Translations under genes and position numbers: made by a program
The notes under the pieces: generated by a model
Told to the model about the DNA's origin: nothing
Databases searched by the model: none
What the model saw: only the letters and a program-made list of their open reading frames with translations
Assembly: GCA_951406725.2 (NCBI GenBank)
Contig: OX597823.1
Coordinates: forward strand, 70,680,001 to 70,744,000
Source: Octopus vulgaris
Taxonomy: Eukaryota
Length of the DNA stretch: 64,000 nt
Reading direction: 5' to 3'
In this document: piece after piece, positions 14,804-25,406 of the stretch
Position numbering within the stretch: the stretch's first letter is position 1
Layout: every line of letters starts with the position of its first letter

Positions 14804-17800
14804 TGCACGCACACCTTAATTAGAGGAATGATTTGTAAGAATTCTACACATGTTCAAGGGTGCTGCTAGCAAAGTGAGGGTTATCATTGAACTAAGTTTG
14901 GAATATTTAGTATGCAGGTATGTATCCATCAGATTTGAACTAATCATATCATTTGGGCTTTAAGCCTCGTACGAGGGAAATCACTTGAAGGGTTATTCTC
15001 TTACGAAATTGCATTGTTATATAAGCAATATGTTAAAAACAATGTGTTTGAAAAGATTTTGAAGCAAACATTTTTCTCCTTAAACATAGTCGAAAGTCAA
15101 GGAGGCTTGTACATACACAAAGGAGATTTAGTTGCATGTATACAAGCTGCTAACAGTTCAGTTCTTTTCTTCAAACTGTTACTTCCTTAAAGCAACATTT
15201 TTCTCTCAAGCAAATGTCACATTTGATACTGCTTTTCATTTATAGTTCTGCCTTAATCTACAATCAACCAGGCAATTTTCAGGCATTGGAGCAAGATGCT
15301 AGCCTGAGACCCCTCAGTCAAATTATGATGATGATAATGATATGTGCGTTTATAATTTGTATATTCTGTTGTGTCTGGTGAGAGTCATTTTCTTTTTGTG
15401 CCTTATAATGTAACACACTCACTGGTAAAATTTCCACTTATTTCTTATTTTTATTTCCCTAAAATTTTCGTTGCATCTTGCAACCTTTTCAAGAGTCAAG
15501 ACTATTGAAAAGGTTGCAAGATGCAACGAAAATTTTAGTGGAAATTTTACCAGTGAGTGTGTTAGGCACAAAACGAAAATGACTCTCCCCAGACACAACA
15601 GAATATGCTTCAACACACGAACTCAGATAAAGAATCTTGCAAACCAAATCCAAAAAGAAATAATTTGTATATCTTATCCTAATATTTCTTTTCATAGATT
15701 TTTCCTTGAAAGAAGAGGCTCAGAAGAAAGCATTTGAGGTTTTTGAAAAGCATCATACAAAAGGCTGTTCCAGTGCAGTTCCAGCCGAAGGTCGCATTAG
15801 CCAACGCTATGAAAGTAAGTGGACCCTTACATTAGTTCCTTACCCTTAAAATCTGTTATTTTCTAACTTAAAGAGATGGAAACATGCTAGAAAAATGCAT
15901 CTGACAAACAGCAATCACATCTGTTCACCAAAGAAATCTTTGAAATATCAATGTGTAAGTAAGGGTGCACTTAATCAGTTGCATTTATCATCGGTCATTA
16001 CCATTTCTTATAGAACTGTGTGGGTATGCATTTGGGTATGTCCCCTCAGCAGTTGTAAACTTGTAGCTCGTCACAGTCCCATTCACCTAAGTGGGGGAAA
16101 TTAGGTTTATGTCTGTTCATGAGTTATTTCCCTTAGATTGTGAAACGAAACTAAAATTTCAACTATCACTTTGAATGAAACGCGTTTCGTTGGCTATTTT
16201 CAGCTAATACCAATAAGCTCTGATATGCTGTTAGTATCTCACTGATAACTGTCACTAGACCTACCCCGACAGTATGCGCCCCATGGTATCCGCTGTGGTA
16301 CATTGATTGTAATTTACAAAATTAATTATTTATATACTCTGGCCCCTGGTATTGATTACTCTATATTTAATATACGTTACTATTATTCTAGCTGGCAGAA
16401 TTGTTAGCATGCTGGGCAAAATGCTTAATATCATTATGTCTGTCTTCACGTTCTGAGTTCGAATACTGTTGAAGTCAACTTTACCTTTCATTCATTTGGG
16501 GTTGATGAAAAAAGTACCAGTTGAGCACTGGGGTTAATGTAATCGACTATCCCTCGCTCCACAAAATTTCAGGCCTTGTGCCTATAATAGAAAGGATTAT
16601 TGTTATTGTTATTGCTATTATTATTATTATTATTATTAAAGGCAGTGAGCTGGCAGAATCATTAGCACACCAGGTGAAATGCTTAGCGGCATTTCGTCCA
16701 CCTTTATGCTCCGAGCTGAAATTCCGCTGAGGTTGACTTGGCTTTTCATCCTTTCAGGGTTGATAAATTAAGTACCAATGAAACACTGGGGTTGATGTTA
16801 TCGACTGGCCCCTACCCCAAAATCTCAGGACTTGTGCCTTTAATAGGAAGGATTATTATTACTATTATGACAGCATGGAAAGCAGATGTTAAACGATGCT
16901 GATTATTATTATTATTATTATTATTATTATTGAAGGTGGTGAGCTGGCAGTGGTATTACCGTGTTGGGCAAGTTGCTTAGCAGCATTTTGTCCATCTTTA
17001 CTTTCTGGGTTCAAATGCTGCTGAGGTCGACTTTACCTTTCATCCTTTCAGGGTCAATAAAATAAATACCAGTTGAATCTTGGGGGTCGATCTAATAGAC
17101 TTACCCCCTCTCCCAAAATTGCTGTCCTTGTGCCAAAACTTGAAACTGGTATTTATTTCAGGCTCTTTAGCTTTTGCTTTCAAACCCTGGGTAAATTAAC
17201 TGTTCTGTATTGTGACATTGAAAGTTGGCAAGTGGGGGAGTCAGTTTTCACTGTTTGAAGATATTTTTCTTTTGATATCCCCTGGGTAGTAGTGGTTTCG
17301 TTTCACCTCTGTGAGTGCTACTTCTGAATTGTTTTGTTTGATCTGTAAGTTTGAAGAAGCTGATGAGCCAGGTTCATTTTTGAGTTCTGGTTGACTTCAC
17401 TTTTGCTTCCTGTTGCTGTTTGAGTATTAAGTGCTTCTCATTCTTTACATGTGTTTAAAGATGTATCGACAATCCAAGCATGAAATGAAATAAAAAAAGA
17501 TATACTTGTTTTCACCATGAAAACATGTATTGTCTGCTTGTTCTTTGCAATATTCTGCTGCATAGAAAATAAATCTGAATGTGACCTTTGAACTTTACCT
17601 GTGTAGTTTGAAAAAGTTCACAGCAATATGTATGCAATATGCACTCATGTATAATGTATATCCCTAATTATGGGCATAAAATCTTGGAAAAAATATTTTT
17701 TGTGTATAATATTTATAATATGGACTGGCTTTTTCTGTAGTGTTACAATGTTTGAAAACAAAAAACGTATTTAGTCTGGTTTATTGTAACTGCTTGAGAA

Positions 17801-20134
17801 GACACTTCAAGCTAAGTGAAATTGTGATTGTCTTTGCATACTGTCATGTGCCCTGCATCCCTCTTCAACTGAGTGATCTTATTCTTCCGGGCTTGTGGGT
17901 GTTGGTGCTGTGAAAAAGCACCCAGTATCCTCTTTAAAGTGATTGGCATTAGGAATGGCACCAAGCCACATAGAAACCATGCCAAAACAGACATAGCAGC
18001 TCTTTAGCTTGCCAGCATGGAAAACATGTTTAATGATAATGATGATGATGATGATGCATAGAAAGTAAATTTGAAAGTGACCTTTGAACTTTACCTGTAT
18101 AAATTTTAAATTCCAGACATGCTTAAGAATCTTCTAGCTATGTCCCAAACTATCTTTTCTTCTATTTAAATAGTTTTAATGTCTGTTTTGCATTTAGTAG
18201 TTGTTTACTTGGTTTTTCACATGAAAGACTGATTGAGGAATTTAACATTTTTACAATGTTAAAACCAAATTCTCTGGAAGTGTCAATTCTTGACCCTTGC
18301 TTATGTTACTTACTTCATAAAGGAAACTGAAACTTTTTAAAATTTATAACAAATAATCATTTTGTATATATTTTGTACAAAGGTTTTTTTTCTTGTGACC
18401 ATTTTCTTACCTTCTAAATTTGTTTGATACTTATCCAGGATAACCTATAATTAAACAGCACATATTTTCAAACATTCCAGGTGTAGTGGAGCAACAGATG
18501 CGAGAACAAGGAACCAACCCATCACCATGGACATCGGATGAACAAAAGTTGTTGGAGCAATCTCTGAAAACTTATCCAGCTGATGTTCCTGAACGGTGGG
18601 AGAAGATAGCTGCTAATATTCCATCTCGCAGCAAGAAAGACTGCATTAAAAGATACAAGGTAGTCATTTGTCCTTGCATTGTTTATATAATGATTCCTAA
18701 TTCATCATTTCTCGTTAAGTAAATGCACTACCAATACAGTGGAGGTGCGTGACTTAGTGGTTAGTGTGTTGGACTCATGATTATAAGATTGGTTTCGACT
18801 TGAGGACCAGGGCGACATGTGTTCTTGAACAAATCACTTCATTTCATGTTGCTCCAATCCACTCACCTGGCAAAAATGAGTAATCCTGTGAAGGACCATC
18901 CATAGTTTCTAAAGTTTATAAAAGTAACCAATTTAGGAAAGGTGTGAAAAGAAAGCATTTAACATTTCCATTGTACGAATAAATCGAAGTGATATAATGG
19001 TTGAAAAGAAGTGAAACTGGACCACTATTGTGTGTAGACACGATATACATTCTGCAGTAATTTATGGCTTTGAAACAAAGGGATCACTCGATACAACTTA
19101 TGGCTGATTTACTGTGTTAATGTGCAACAAACAGACAAATCAAATCTTCCTAAACTAGATTCAGTGTTATATACGTGTGCTTTAGCTCAAAGCTATCGGA
19201 GAGTATGTTGATTTCAGTGTCTATGATCATTGAAAACACCAAGCAGTTACATAAGGATATCATGGAGAGTTGTGTATTAATAGTTTGATGGTTTAGACAC
19301 TTTAAAAAGATGGCAAGGCTTAATTTGTTCAGTGAAAAGAAATCAGTAAACTCTGAGACCCATTTAATTATTTCATTAAAAAACAATTTTGCTGTTTATT
19401 TTTAAGACTGAATTTCGATATGTTAGTTAGTTAGTTAATTTGGCTCAAAAGCAAATAGCAAGGCCATGTAGGGGGACATGGAGTTAAGTACAGGGTGATG
19501 TTCATGTAAAGAGTTCAGGCCACTTGAGGTCAAGGGAGACTTTGAACAAAGCGGTCGTCGGCATCTTCACAATCTCGTCTGGCAGCTTGTTCCACGGATC
19601 CGCAACCCGGATGGAGAAAGCTCCTCTCCTTCGATTGAGATGAAATCGTCGCAGGTAGAGCTTTTCGGAATGACCCCGCAGCCGACGCTCTGGAGCAGGA
19701 GTGAAGAACAGCTCTTTCGAGAGGTTACACTTTCCGCTTATGATGTTGTGGGCGAGAATGAGATCACCACGGCGGCGGCGTTTTTCTAGAGAATAAAGGT
19801 ATACTGAACACATAGTTGATAATCTGGTACTACTCAGGTCTCAAGGGTTCTAGATTAGTGGAAGTATACTGCATATGGGTTAGTACCCTAATATTGTGAA
19901 CTGAAGTTTTTCTCATTCTAATTATGGGCAGCAGATGATATTTTGAATATCAGTTGATTCATTCTCCTATATTCCCTTAATTAATTACTCTTATGTTCTG
20001 TCCACAAAACTAATTTTAATTATTCAAATCTTTGGAAATTTCAAATTTGTTTTGTTATTTTTCAGGAGTTGGTTGAAATGGTACGCGCCAAAAAAATGGC
20101 ACAGTCTGCCGCTGCCAAAGCAAAGAGAACATGA
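2589..20134 (+). CDS. DNAJC2: DnaJ homolog subfamily C member 2 (MPP11/ZRF1/zuotin family), 3' part of gene, 13 coding exons; J-domain exons are upstream of the window
   Basis: Spliced translation [82 protein letters not shown]1 ([31 protein letters not shown])..SANT2 ([48 protein letters not shown]) matches the vertebrate DNAJC2 sequence as I recall it. All introns are GT-AG with consistent phases. Confidence 0.97.
3115..3180 (+). CDS. DNAJC2: DNAJC2 exon (66 bp), [21 protein letters not shown]
   Basis: tttctag / gtacgt; conserved SWRE motif. Confidence 0.95.
3741..4110 (-). mobile_element. 3' tail fragment of the RTE family ((ATC)n tail, ggatgcccttcctaacgccaac, subrepeats); similar fragments near 5.55, 6.85, 7.55, 9.8, 17.8, 23.6, 24.85 and 32.4 kb
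   Basis: Near-identity to 33490-33900. Confidence 0.8.
4598..4689 (+). CDS. DNAJC2: DNAJC2 exon (92 bp), [30 protein letters not shown]
   Basis: ttttag / gtatgt; phase-consistent. Confidence 0.95.
5957..6078 (+). CDS. DNAJC2: DNAJC2 exon (122 bp), [24 protein letters not shown]
   Basis: ttgcag / gtaact; conserved DPR motif. Confidence 0.95.
6182..6395 (+). mobile_element. tRNA-derived SINE, family A (core gcctttcatcctttcggggtcgataaa..agtaccag)
   Basis: Pol III A-box/B-box head (gagctggcaga.., gagttcaaatt); many copies in the window. Confidence 0.85.
7338..7406 (+). CDS. DNAJC2: DNAJC2 exon (69 bp, phase 0/0), charged coiled-coil
   Basis: tttttag / gtaagt; [23 protein letters not shown]. 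Confidence 0.9.
8586..8666 (+). CDS. DNAJC2: DNAJC2 exon (81 bp, phase 0/0), [27 protein letters not shown]
   Basis: polypyrimidine tract + aag acceptor / gtaaga. Confidence 0.92.
8733..8965 (-). mobile_element. SINE family A, young full copy
   Basis: Reverse complement of the family A consensus. Confidence 0.9.
10036..10452 (+). mobile_element. SINE family A, internally duplicated (dimeric) copy
   Basis: Body repeated from about 10267 (ggtatttcgtctgc..aaagaaatagg). Confidence 0.88.
10710..10798 (+). CDS. DNAJC2: DNAJC2 exon (89 bp), [29 protein letters not shown]
   Basis: tcttag / gtgagt; MEEVEKL motif. Confidence 0.94.
11675..12155 (-). mobile_element. tRNA-derived SINE, family B (CORE-like ACCTTGGGCAAGT segment, internal (CA)n)
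   Basis: Matches 29796-30190 (+) and 45147-45565 (-); resembles octopus OR-type CORE-SINEs as I recall them. Confidence 0.85.
12307..12376 (+). CDS. DNAJC2: DNAJC2 exon (70 bp), [23 protein letters not shown]
   Basis: ttctag / gtatgt; phase-consistent. Confidence 0.92.
12620..12997 (-). mobile_element. Two tandem SINE family A copies separated by (TAA)n
   Basis: aaggatgaaag..gaactcag..ctgccag motifs occur twice. Confidence 0.8.
13401..13618 (+). mobile_element. SINE family A with 17-bp TSD
   Basis: TSD GTATACAACAAATAGAA at 13384-13400 and 13619-13635. Confidence 0.93.
13826..13992 (+). CDS. DNAJC2: DNAJC2 exon (167 bp), start of SANT/Myb domain 1
   Basis: ttgcag / gtttgt; VNLFPAGT motif. 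Confidence 0.95.
14599..14696 (+). CDS. DNAJC2: DNAJC2 exon (98 bp), [32 protein letters not shown]
   Basis: ttatag / gtaaag; second half of SANT1. Confidence 0.95.
15361..15606. repeat. Palindromic element (fold-back dimer) carrying a variant hammerhead motif; a one-armed relative lies at 51312-51440
   Basis: Arms atattctgttgtgtctgg../..ccagacacaacagaatat; centre gagtcaagact. Confidence 0.85.
15698..15814 (+). CDS. DNAJC2: DNAJC2 exon (117 bp), inter-SANT linker
   Basis: ttcatag / gtaagt; [14 protein letters not shown]. Confidence 0.93.
16391..17148 (+). mobile_element. Three head-to-tail SINE family A copies, each followed or preceded by (TAT)n
   Basis: Heads near 16391, 16641 and 16935. 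Confidence 0.85.
18481..18659 (+). CDS. DNAJC2: DNAJC2 exon (179 bp), SANT/Myb domain 2
   Basis: ttccag / gtagtc; [25 protein letters not shown]. Confidence 0.96.
19422..19800 (-). mobile_element. CR1-clade LINE 3' end with (TAAC)n tail
   Basis: [33 protein letters not shown], a typical CR1 ORF2 C-terminus. Confidence 0.88.
20066..20134 (+). CDS. DNAJC2: DNAJC2 last coding exon, [22 protein letters not shown]
   Basis: tttcag acceptor; TGA at 20132-20134. Confidence 0.96.
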   Translation, partial: ELVEMVRAKKMAQSAAAKAKRT

Positions 20135-20155
20135 CAATAATGGCTGTTAATGACC

Positions 20156-20161
20156 AATAAA
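20156..20161 (+). promoter_or_regulatory. Candidate polyadenylation signal AATAAA (proximal; ATTAAA near 20740 and AATAAA near 20832 are alternatives)
   Basis: Hexamer about 22 nt after the stop codon; usage cannot be determined from sequence. Confidence 0.35.
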
Positions 20162-20501
20162 CCTTGACTCTAGACTTTGATGACTTTCCAAATACAAACT
20201 TGTATTCTATTTTTGTAATGTTATAAAATGAAAATGAAAGCAGGTGTTCAGAAATACATCGTGTGTGTGTGTGATTTAATTTCTGTATAATATATGTATA
20301 TACTTTCTTTTAATTCTATTTAGCACTGCTACTTAATGAAATAATGATTTGTGGGAAGTATCACAGTTTTCAAAGCATTTAGCTAGCTGGCAGTCTCACT
20401 TCTGGATATGTCGCCAGTCTGTAAATGGTTTTGTTTTGAGGAAGATGTAAGTTTAGTATTATAAGTTAATGAAACGCTGATCAATTATGCAATGCCTTTG
20501 C

Positions 20502-20708
20502 GTAATGACAGTCGAGGCTGATCTGGAACCCAACCTAGGCCCCCATATCTACAGCGTTTGCCACTGGAATAAGGAGTGGTTGGAGATCACACAGTCGTTA
20601 GCCTCAAATCGCCAGGCCTGGTCGGTGTTTGTGGGAGATGCAGCATTGAGGATGAATGAAGCTAGCTCAACCCACCCCGGGTGAATGCTGACTCAAGACA
20701 AGACAAGA
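20502..20708 (+). mobile_element. 5'-truncated RTE-like LINE 3' end with (CAAGA)n tail and 12-bp TSD
   Basis: LASNRQAW..SSTHPG*; TSD CAATGCCTTTGC at 20490-20501 and 20709-20720. Confidence 0.8.
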
Positions 20709-21234
20709 CAATGCCTTTGCTATTTATAGTGATGACCTGATTAAAAACATTTTTTTTTAAGACTAAGTTCTGGTGTGCCAGCATATTTGCAAACTGTTGC
20801 AAACCTTTCTACTGCTAAGTAGATTGGACCAAATAAAGCTAAGCATCTTGCCTAAGGTAGAATCCAATACTAATAAGATACTAGCTGTTAACCTGTTGGC
20901 CACTTCACTAACACCATGATGGCGTGTCACACAATAACAGAAAATATATCTACTCCTTTACTTATTTGTTTTCAATGTAAGTTTTATTTTGAAACTTTAA
21001 AATTATTTTCACATTCATTTTAGTTAAACTGAACCTAATCTAGTGATGAATTAACTGCTAAGATTTTAATGAAAATGATATTAGACATAAATAGCACCAA
21101 AATGAGATAGACAAGAGCAATAAGCTCGTTAGGAAGCTGTAGATACACAATTTGATTCCTGTTGTACTTTTCTGTTTCAGATTCATGCTTATAATACCTA
21201 ATACCTTTGATTCAGAGATATAGAAATGTAGTTA

Positions 21235-21404
21235 ATACAGTTCTATATTTAAGAGATGAGGAATTATGTACATTATTTACATTCCACTGATATTTGTCCT
21301 CATCTTGTTTGCTGTTAACACAACGTTTTCGGCTGATATTCATCAGGCGTCTTGGGGAAATTTCGAACTTGGGTTCTCATTCCTAAAGTATTCTTTGATG
21401 TTAC

Positions 21405-21438
<34 letters not shown>

Positions 21439-21735
21439 GGAATCAAACTCGGAATCTTGGGGTTTGTAGCCTGCACTCTTAACCACTACGTCACATGCCC
21501 GTGGGCATATGGCGTAGTGGTTAAGAGTGCGGGCTACTAACTCCAAGATTCCGAGTTCGATTCCAAGCAGTGGCTTGAACAATAACAATAATAATATCGA
21601 AGAATATCTTAGGAATGAGAACCCAGGTTTGAAATTTCCTCAAGACACCTGAAGAAGGCTGGAGGGTATATCAGCCGAAACGTTGTGTTAACAACAAACA
21701 AGATGAGGACAAATATCTGTCGAAAGTAAATAATG
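21235..21735. mobile_element. Head-to-head inverted dimer of a tRNA-headed element with a hammerhead-bearing tail; 14-bp TSD
   Basis: Axis ATGCCC-GT-GGGCAT at 21495-21508; arms 21269-21500 and 21503-21737; TSD TAGAAATGTAGTTA at 21221-21234 and 21736-21749. Confidence 0.88.
21645..21688 (+). ncRNA. Minimal type I hammerhead ribozyme motif (Penelope-associated type)
   Basis: Stem I ACAC/GTGT, CTGAAGA+A, stem II GGCTG/CAGCC, GAAA, palindromic AACGTT stem III, GUU site. Confidence 0.7.
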
Positions 21736-22271
21736 TAGAAATGTAGTTAGTTGTAGAGCTTGTTGCTTGTGATGCTGAAGACTTATTTTTCTCTCATGTT
21801 CCAAAGTTGGATTGTTGCATTGGATTTGTAGGTTTTAAGAATTGCGCTTACTTTAAATTCAATATGAACCTGTGACATTTTAAATGTTCATCTCTCGTCA
21901 TTGTTACTTTAATGTTTGTTTTTTCCATGATGGCATAAATTAAACATTTGACGATAGTCTTTTGAATTCCAAGTACCTCAGTTCTTCCCAGTCTTGTTTG
22001 TACTATAGTAACAGCATATAGTACATGTTTACATAGCACTCATTATCTGTTTATTGAACATATCAATACCAATGTAGTTTTTTTTTTGCATGCATCAACT
22101 TGATGCCTTTCGTGCCTATATAGTCTCCTAGATCAGCACCCACAGATTCTCTACATCCAAAACTATCTCTTACCATCATGTGGTATCACACTTCTTATCC
22201 TCTGTCTTTAGTCTTACTGCAACTACTTCAACACTAACGAAATCAGGTAGGAAACAAGGTATAAACTATGC

Positions 22272-22823
22272 AGAGGTGGTGAAGCATGACCTTCGAACAT
22301 TAGGCCTCACCAAGGCAATGACTAGTGACCGAGACCTTTGGAAATATGCTGTGCTTGAGAAGACCCGGCAAGCCATGGCCTATGCCAGGGGTGTAACCAG
22401 CCCACTTATGCATACCTTTCTTTCATTGGGCACTAAACTCTGCTTGCGAAGACCTGTTGAGGCAAGTGAAATCGAAATCAAATTCGATGACAGCACCGCA
22501 TGACTGGCATTCATGAAAAACAACATTCGAGCGAGGGTGTTGCCAGTGTCGCTGGACTGGCTCTTGTGCAGGTGACACGTAAAAACACCATTTGAGCGTG
22601 GCTATTGCCAGTACTGCCTGACTGGCCCTTGTGCTGGTGGAACGTAAAAGCACCCACTACACTCTCGGAGTGGTTGGCATTAGGAAGGGCATTCAGCTGT
22701 AGAAACTCTGCCAGATCAGATTGGAGCCTGGTGCAGCCATCTGGCTCACCAGTCTCCAGTCAAACTGCCCAACCCATGCCAGCATGGAAAGTGGACGTTA
22801 AATGACTACGATGATGATGATGA
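22272..22823 (+). mobile_element. RTE family 3' end (EVVKHDLRTLGL..RQA) plus 3' UTR and (GAT)n tail
   Basis: Homologous to the reverse complement of 33490-34180. Confidence 0.88.
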
Positions 22824-23911
22824 TATTCTTGTGTATCTATTACATCTACAATTGTGTTTCTCTGTCAGCCTGTTAGAAGCTTTCTGAGCTGATTCTCAGT
22901 GTTCAGTATTTAGACTTATCATCCTCATTATATATCAGACAAGGTCACTCTGAACTTTGTTCTTTACCATAATTGATTTTTGGTCCTCAAATGCTCTTCT
23001 ATGTTTTGATGGTTTATTTCAAAATTTTGACAGATTTTGTGATTAGAAATGAGTTGTCAACATGTAAAAGCTCCCAAATCTTGCAGATCTCTGTGTTTAT
23101 CTTAAAATCCATAGTGAATAGAAGCGTCTGAGGATTAAGATTTATTGAATACTTAGTAGTAAATTCTTCTCACTTTTTCTGTGGTTTTGACAGTTCTGTG
23201 GCTAGAATATGTCTGCCAGGTCATTCATGTGTTGCCCTCCTTATAAAGAGATTGATGGCTTGTCAGAAACATATTTAATGGAAACAAATCATCATCCTCA
23301 TCATCATCATAATCATTATATCTCATCCATCTTTTCTCATGCTGGTGCAGGTTGGTTATGGGTCTCGCATCATTCCACCTATTGGTCTCTTTTATTACTA
23401 AGCTCACCCACAACAACAACAACAATAAGAAAGACTGGCTAACTTTGTTGTTATAATGACTTACTACATTTCCCTTACACCAGAGAAGCTATCTGCATCT
23501 CTTTATCAGTTTGTATTCAGATTTACTGCCATCGCAGATGAGTAACCTACCATATAGTTTGCATTACTTCATATCTCCTTTATATGTTTCATATTGTGAT
23601 CATGGTTTCTGTCTCCGGTGGCACGTAAAAAGCACCCACTACACTCTCGGAGTAGTTGACATTAGGAAGGGCATCCAGCTGTAGAAACTCTGCCAGATCA
23701 AGATCGGAGCCTGGTGCAGCCATCTGGTTCGCCAGCCCTCAGTCAAAATCGTCCAACCCATGCTAGCATGGAAAGCAGACTTTAAACGATGATGATGATG
23801 ATGATGATGATGCTGTTCCTGTCACCAACCACTTTGCAGTGTAGACTACTGCGTACAATCAATCAATCAATCAATCATACTACCAGCATTAGAGTCATTG
23901 TAAAAGGTAAA

Positions 23912-24243
23912 AGACCTCCTTTTTGTCATGAATGACCATGGGATTGAACCTAAAAAGTTTCCCTCCAAGGCACAAGTCTGAGTAAGGTTGTTTATGGAAG
24001 ACCAGCAATCGCCCATGCATACCAGCCTCCCCTCTCCATGACACCAATGTTATCCAAAGGAAAGGGAAAGACCGATACAGTGTGGCACCAATGATGCTGT
24101 AACTCATTTCTACAGTTCAGTGAACTGGAGGAATGTGAAATAAAGTGTCTTGCTGAAGAACACAACCCACAGCCCAGTCTAGAAATCAAACTCACTACCT
24201 TATGATTGTGAACCTGGCACTCTAACCACTGAGCCATGTGCCT
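23912..24243 (-). mobile_element. tRNA-derived SINE, family C (also 50538-50864 and fragments near 18745 and 39600)
   Basis: Head atggctcagtggttagag..gagtttgatt; gcaagacactttatttcac body. Confidence 0.8.
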
Positions 24244-25173
24244 ATATGTGGCAGGAATAATGCCTCCTCTGCCTTGTAAATGTTCTTATTCAGATTACTG
24301 CCTTCCTAGATAAGTAACCTGCATGCAGCATCCATGTGTTCCTTTAGTATGATTATTACTGTTGGTTGTATTTCCTGGTGCCAACCAATCCACAGAATGG
24401 ACTGGATGCATTTCACCATGTTGCTAGCACTAAAGCCAAGGTTGCTAAGATAAAATGTCACTTCTTTACTGGCTAAACAGCAAATTGGTATAAGATCGCT
24501 TTTGGTGTTGTCTGTCGGCTAAAGTATCCCTTCTACTGTATAATATAAATTAAAGCATGGGGAGCCCTTGTTGGGAGTGTAATTTCATATAAGCATAAGG
24601 TTGTTAGTGGTAGATGTTGTCTTCATGGTACAAAGTGAGACGTTTAGATACCAAGTAAGACATAACAGACTAATGCCAGCAGTACTTAAGTTTTCAGATT
24701 AAGAATGGGTAGGATAATAGCTATTTATTGCCATCTCTCATTCAAATGAATATAAACACAAAATGGTGTAATGAGAGAAAGAGTGGGGATGATGGATAAA
24801 AGGGAATGTCTTGTATATCTAGTTGAACTGCTTGTTTTCCTCATCATCGTCATTTAATGTCTGCTTTCCATGCTGGCATTAGTTGAATGGTTTGACAGAA
24901 GACTAGCAAGCCAGGTTACACCAGGCCTCAATCTGATCTGGCAAGGTTTCTGCAGCTGGATGCCCTTCCTAATTAATGCTAACCACTTTGAGAGTAGTGG
25001 GTGCTTTTTACATGCCACCGGCATGAGGGCCAGTCAGGCAGCACTGGCAGCAACCATGCTTGAATGGTGCATTTTACATGCCACTGACACAGGAGCCAGC
25101 CCAGCGGCACTGGCATTGACCACATTCGAATGATGCTTTTTATGTGTCACTGGCACGGGTGCCAGTCAGGCAA

Positions 25174-25406
25174 GGTGGTGAGCTGGCAGAAACGTTAGCA
25201 CGCCGGGCGAAATGCTTAGCGGTATTTCGTCTGTGTTACATTGTGAGTTCGAATTCCGCCGAGGTCGACTTTGCCTTTCATTCTTTCGGGGTCGATAAAT
25301 CAAGTACCAGTTACGCACTGGGGTCGATGTAATCGACTTAATACCTATGTCTGTCCTTGTTTGTCCCCTCTGTGTTTAGCCCCTTGTGGGTAATAAAGAA
25401 ATAGGT
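25174..25406 (+). mobile_element. SINE family A nested in an RTE-tail fragment (24840-25455, minus strand)
   Basis: Interrupts the subrepeat gccagtcaggc|ggtactggca. Confidence 0.85.

Noticed and set aside
16165-16235. GAAACGCGTTTC palindrome with an adjacent stem, hammerhead-like on the minus strand
   Set aside because: No CUGANGA-type core or stem I in the right position.
21503-21575. tRNA gene
   Set aside because: Only A/B boxes and a partial cloverleaf; the acceptor stem does not close and it is part of a repeat.
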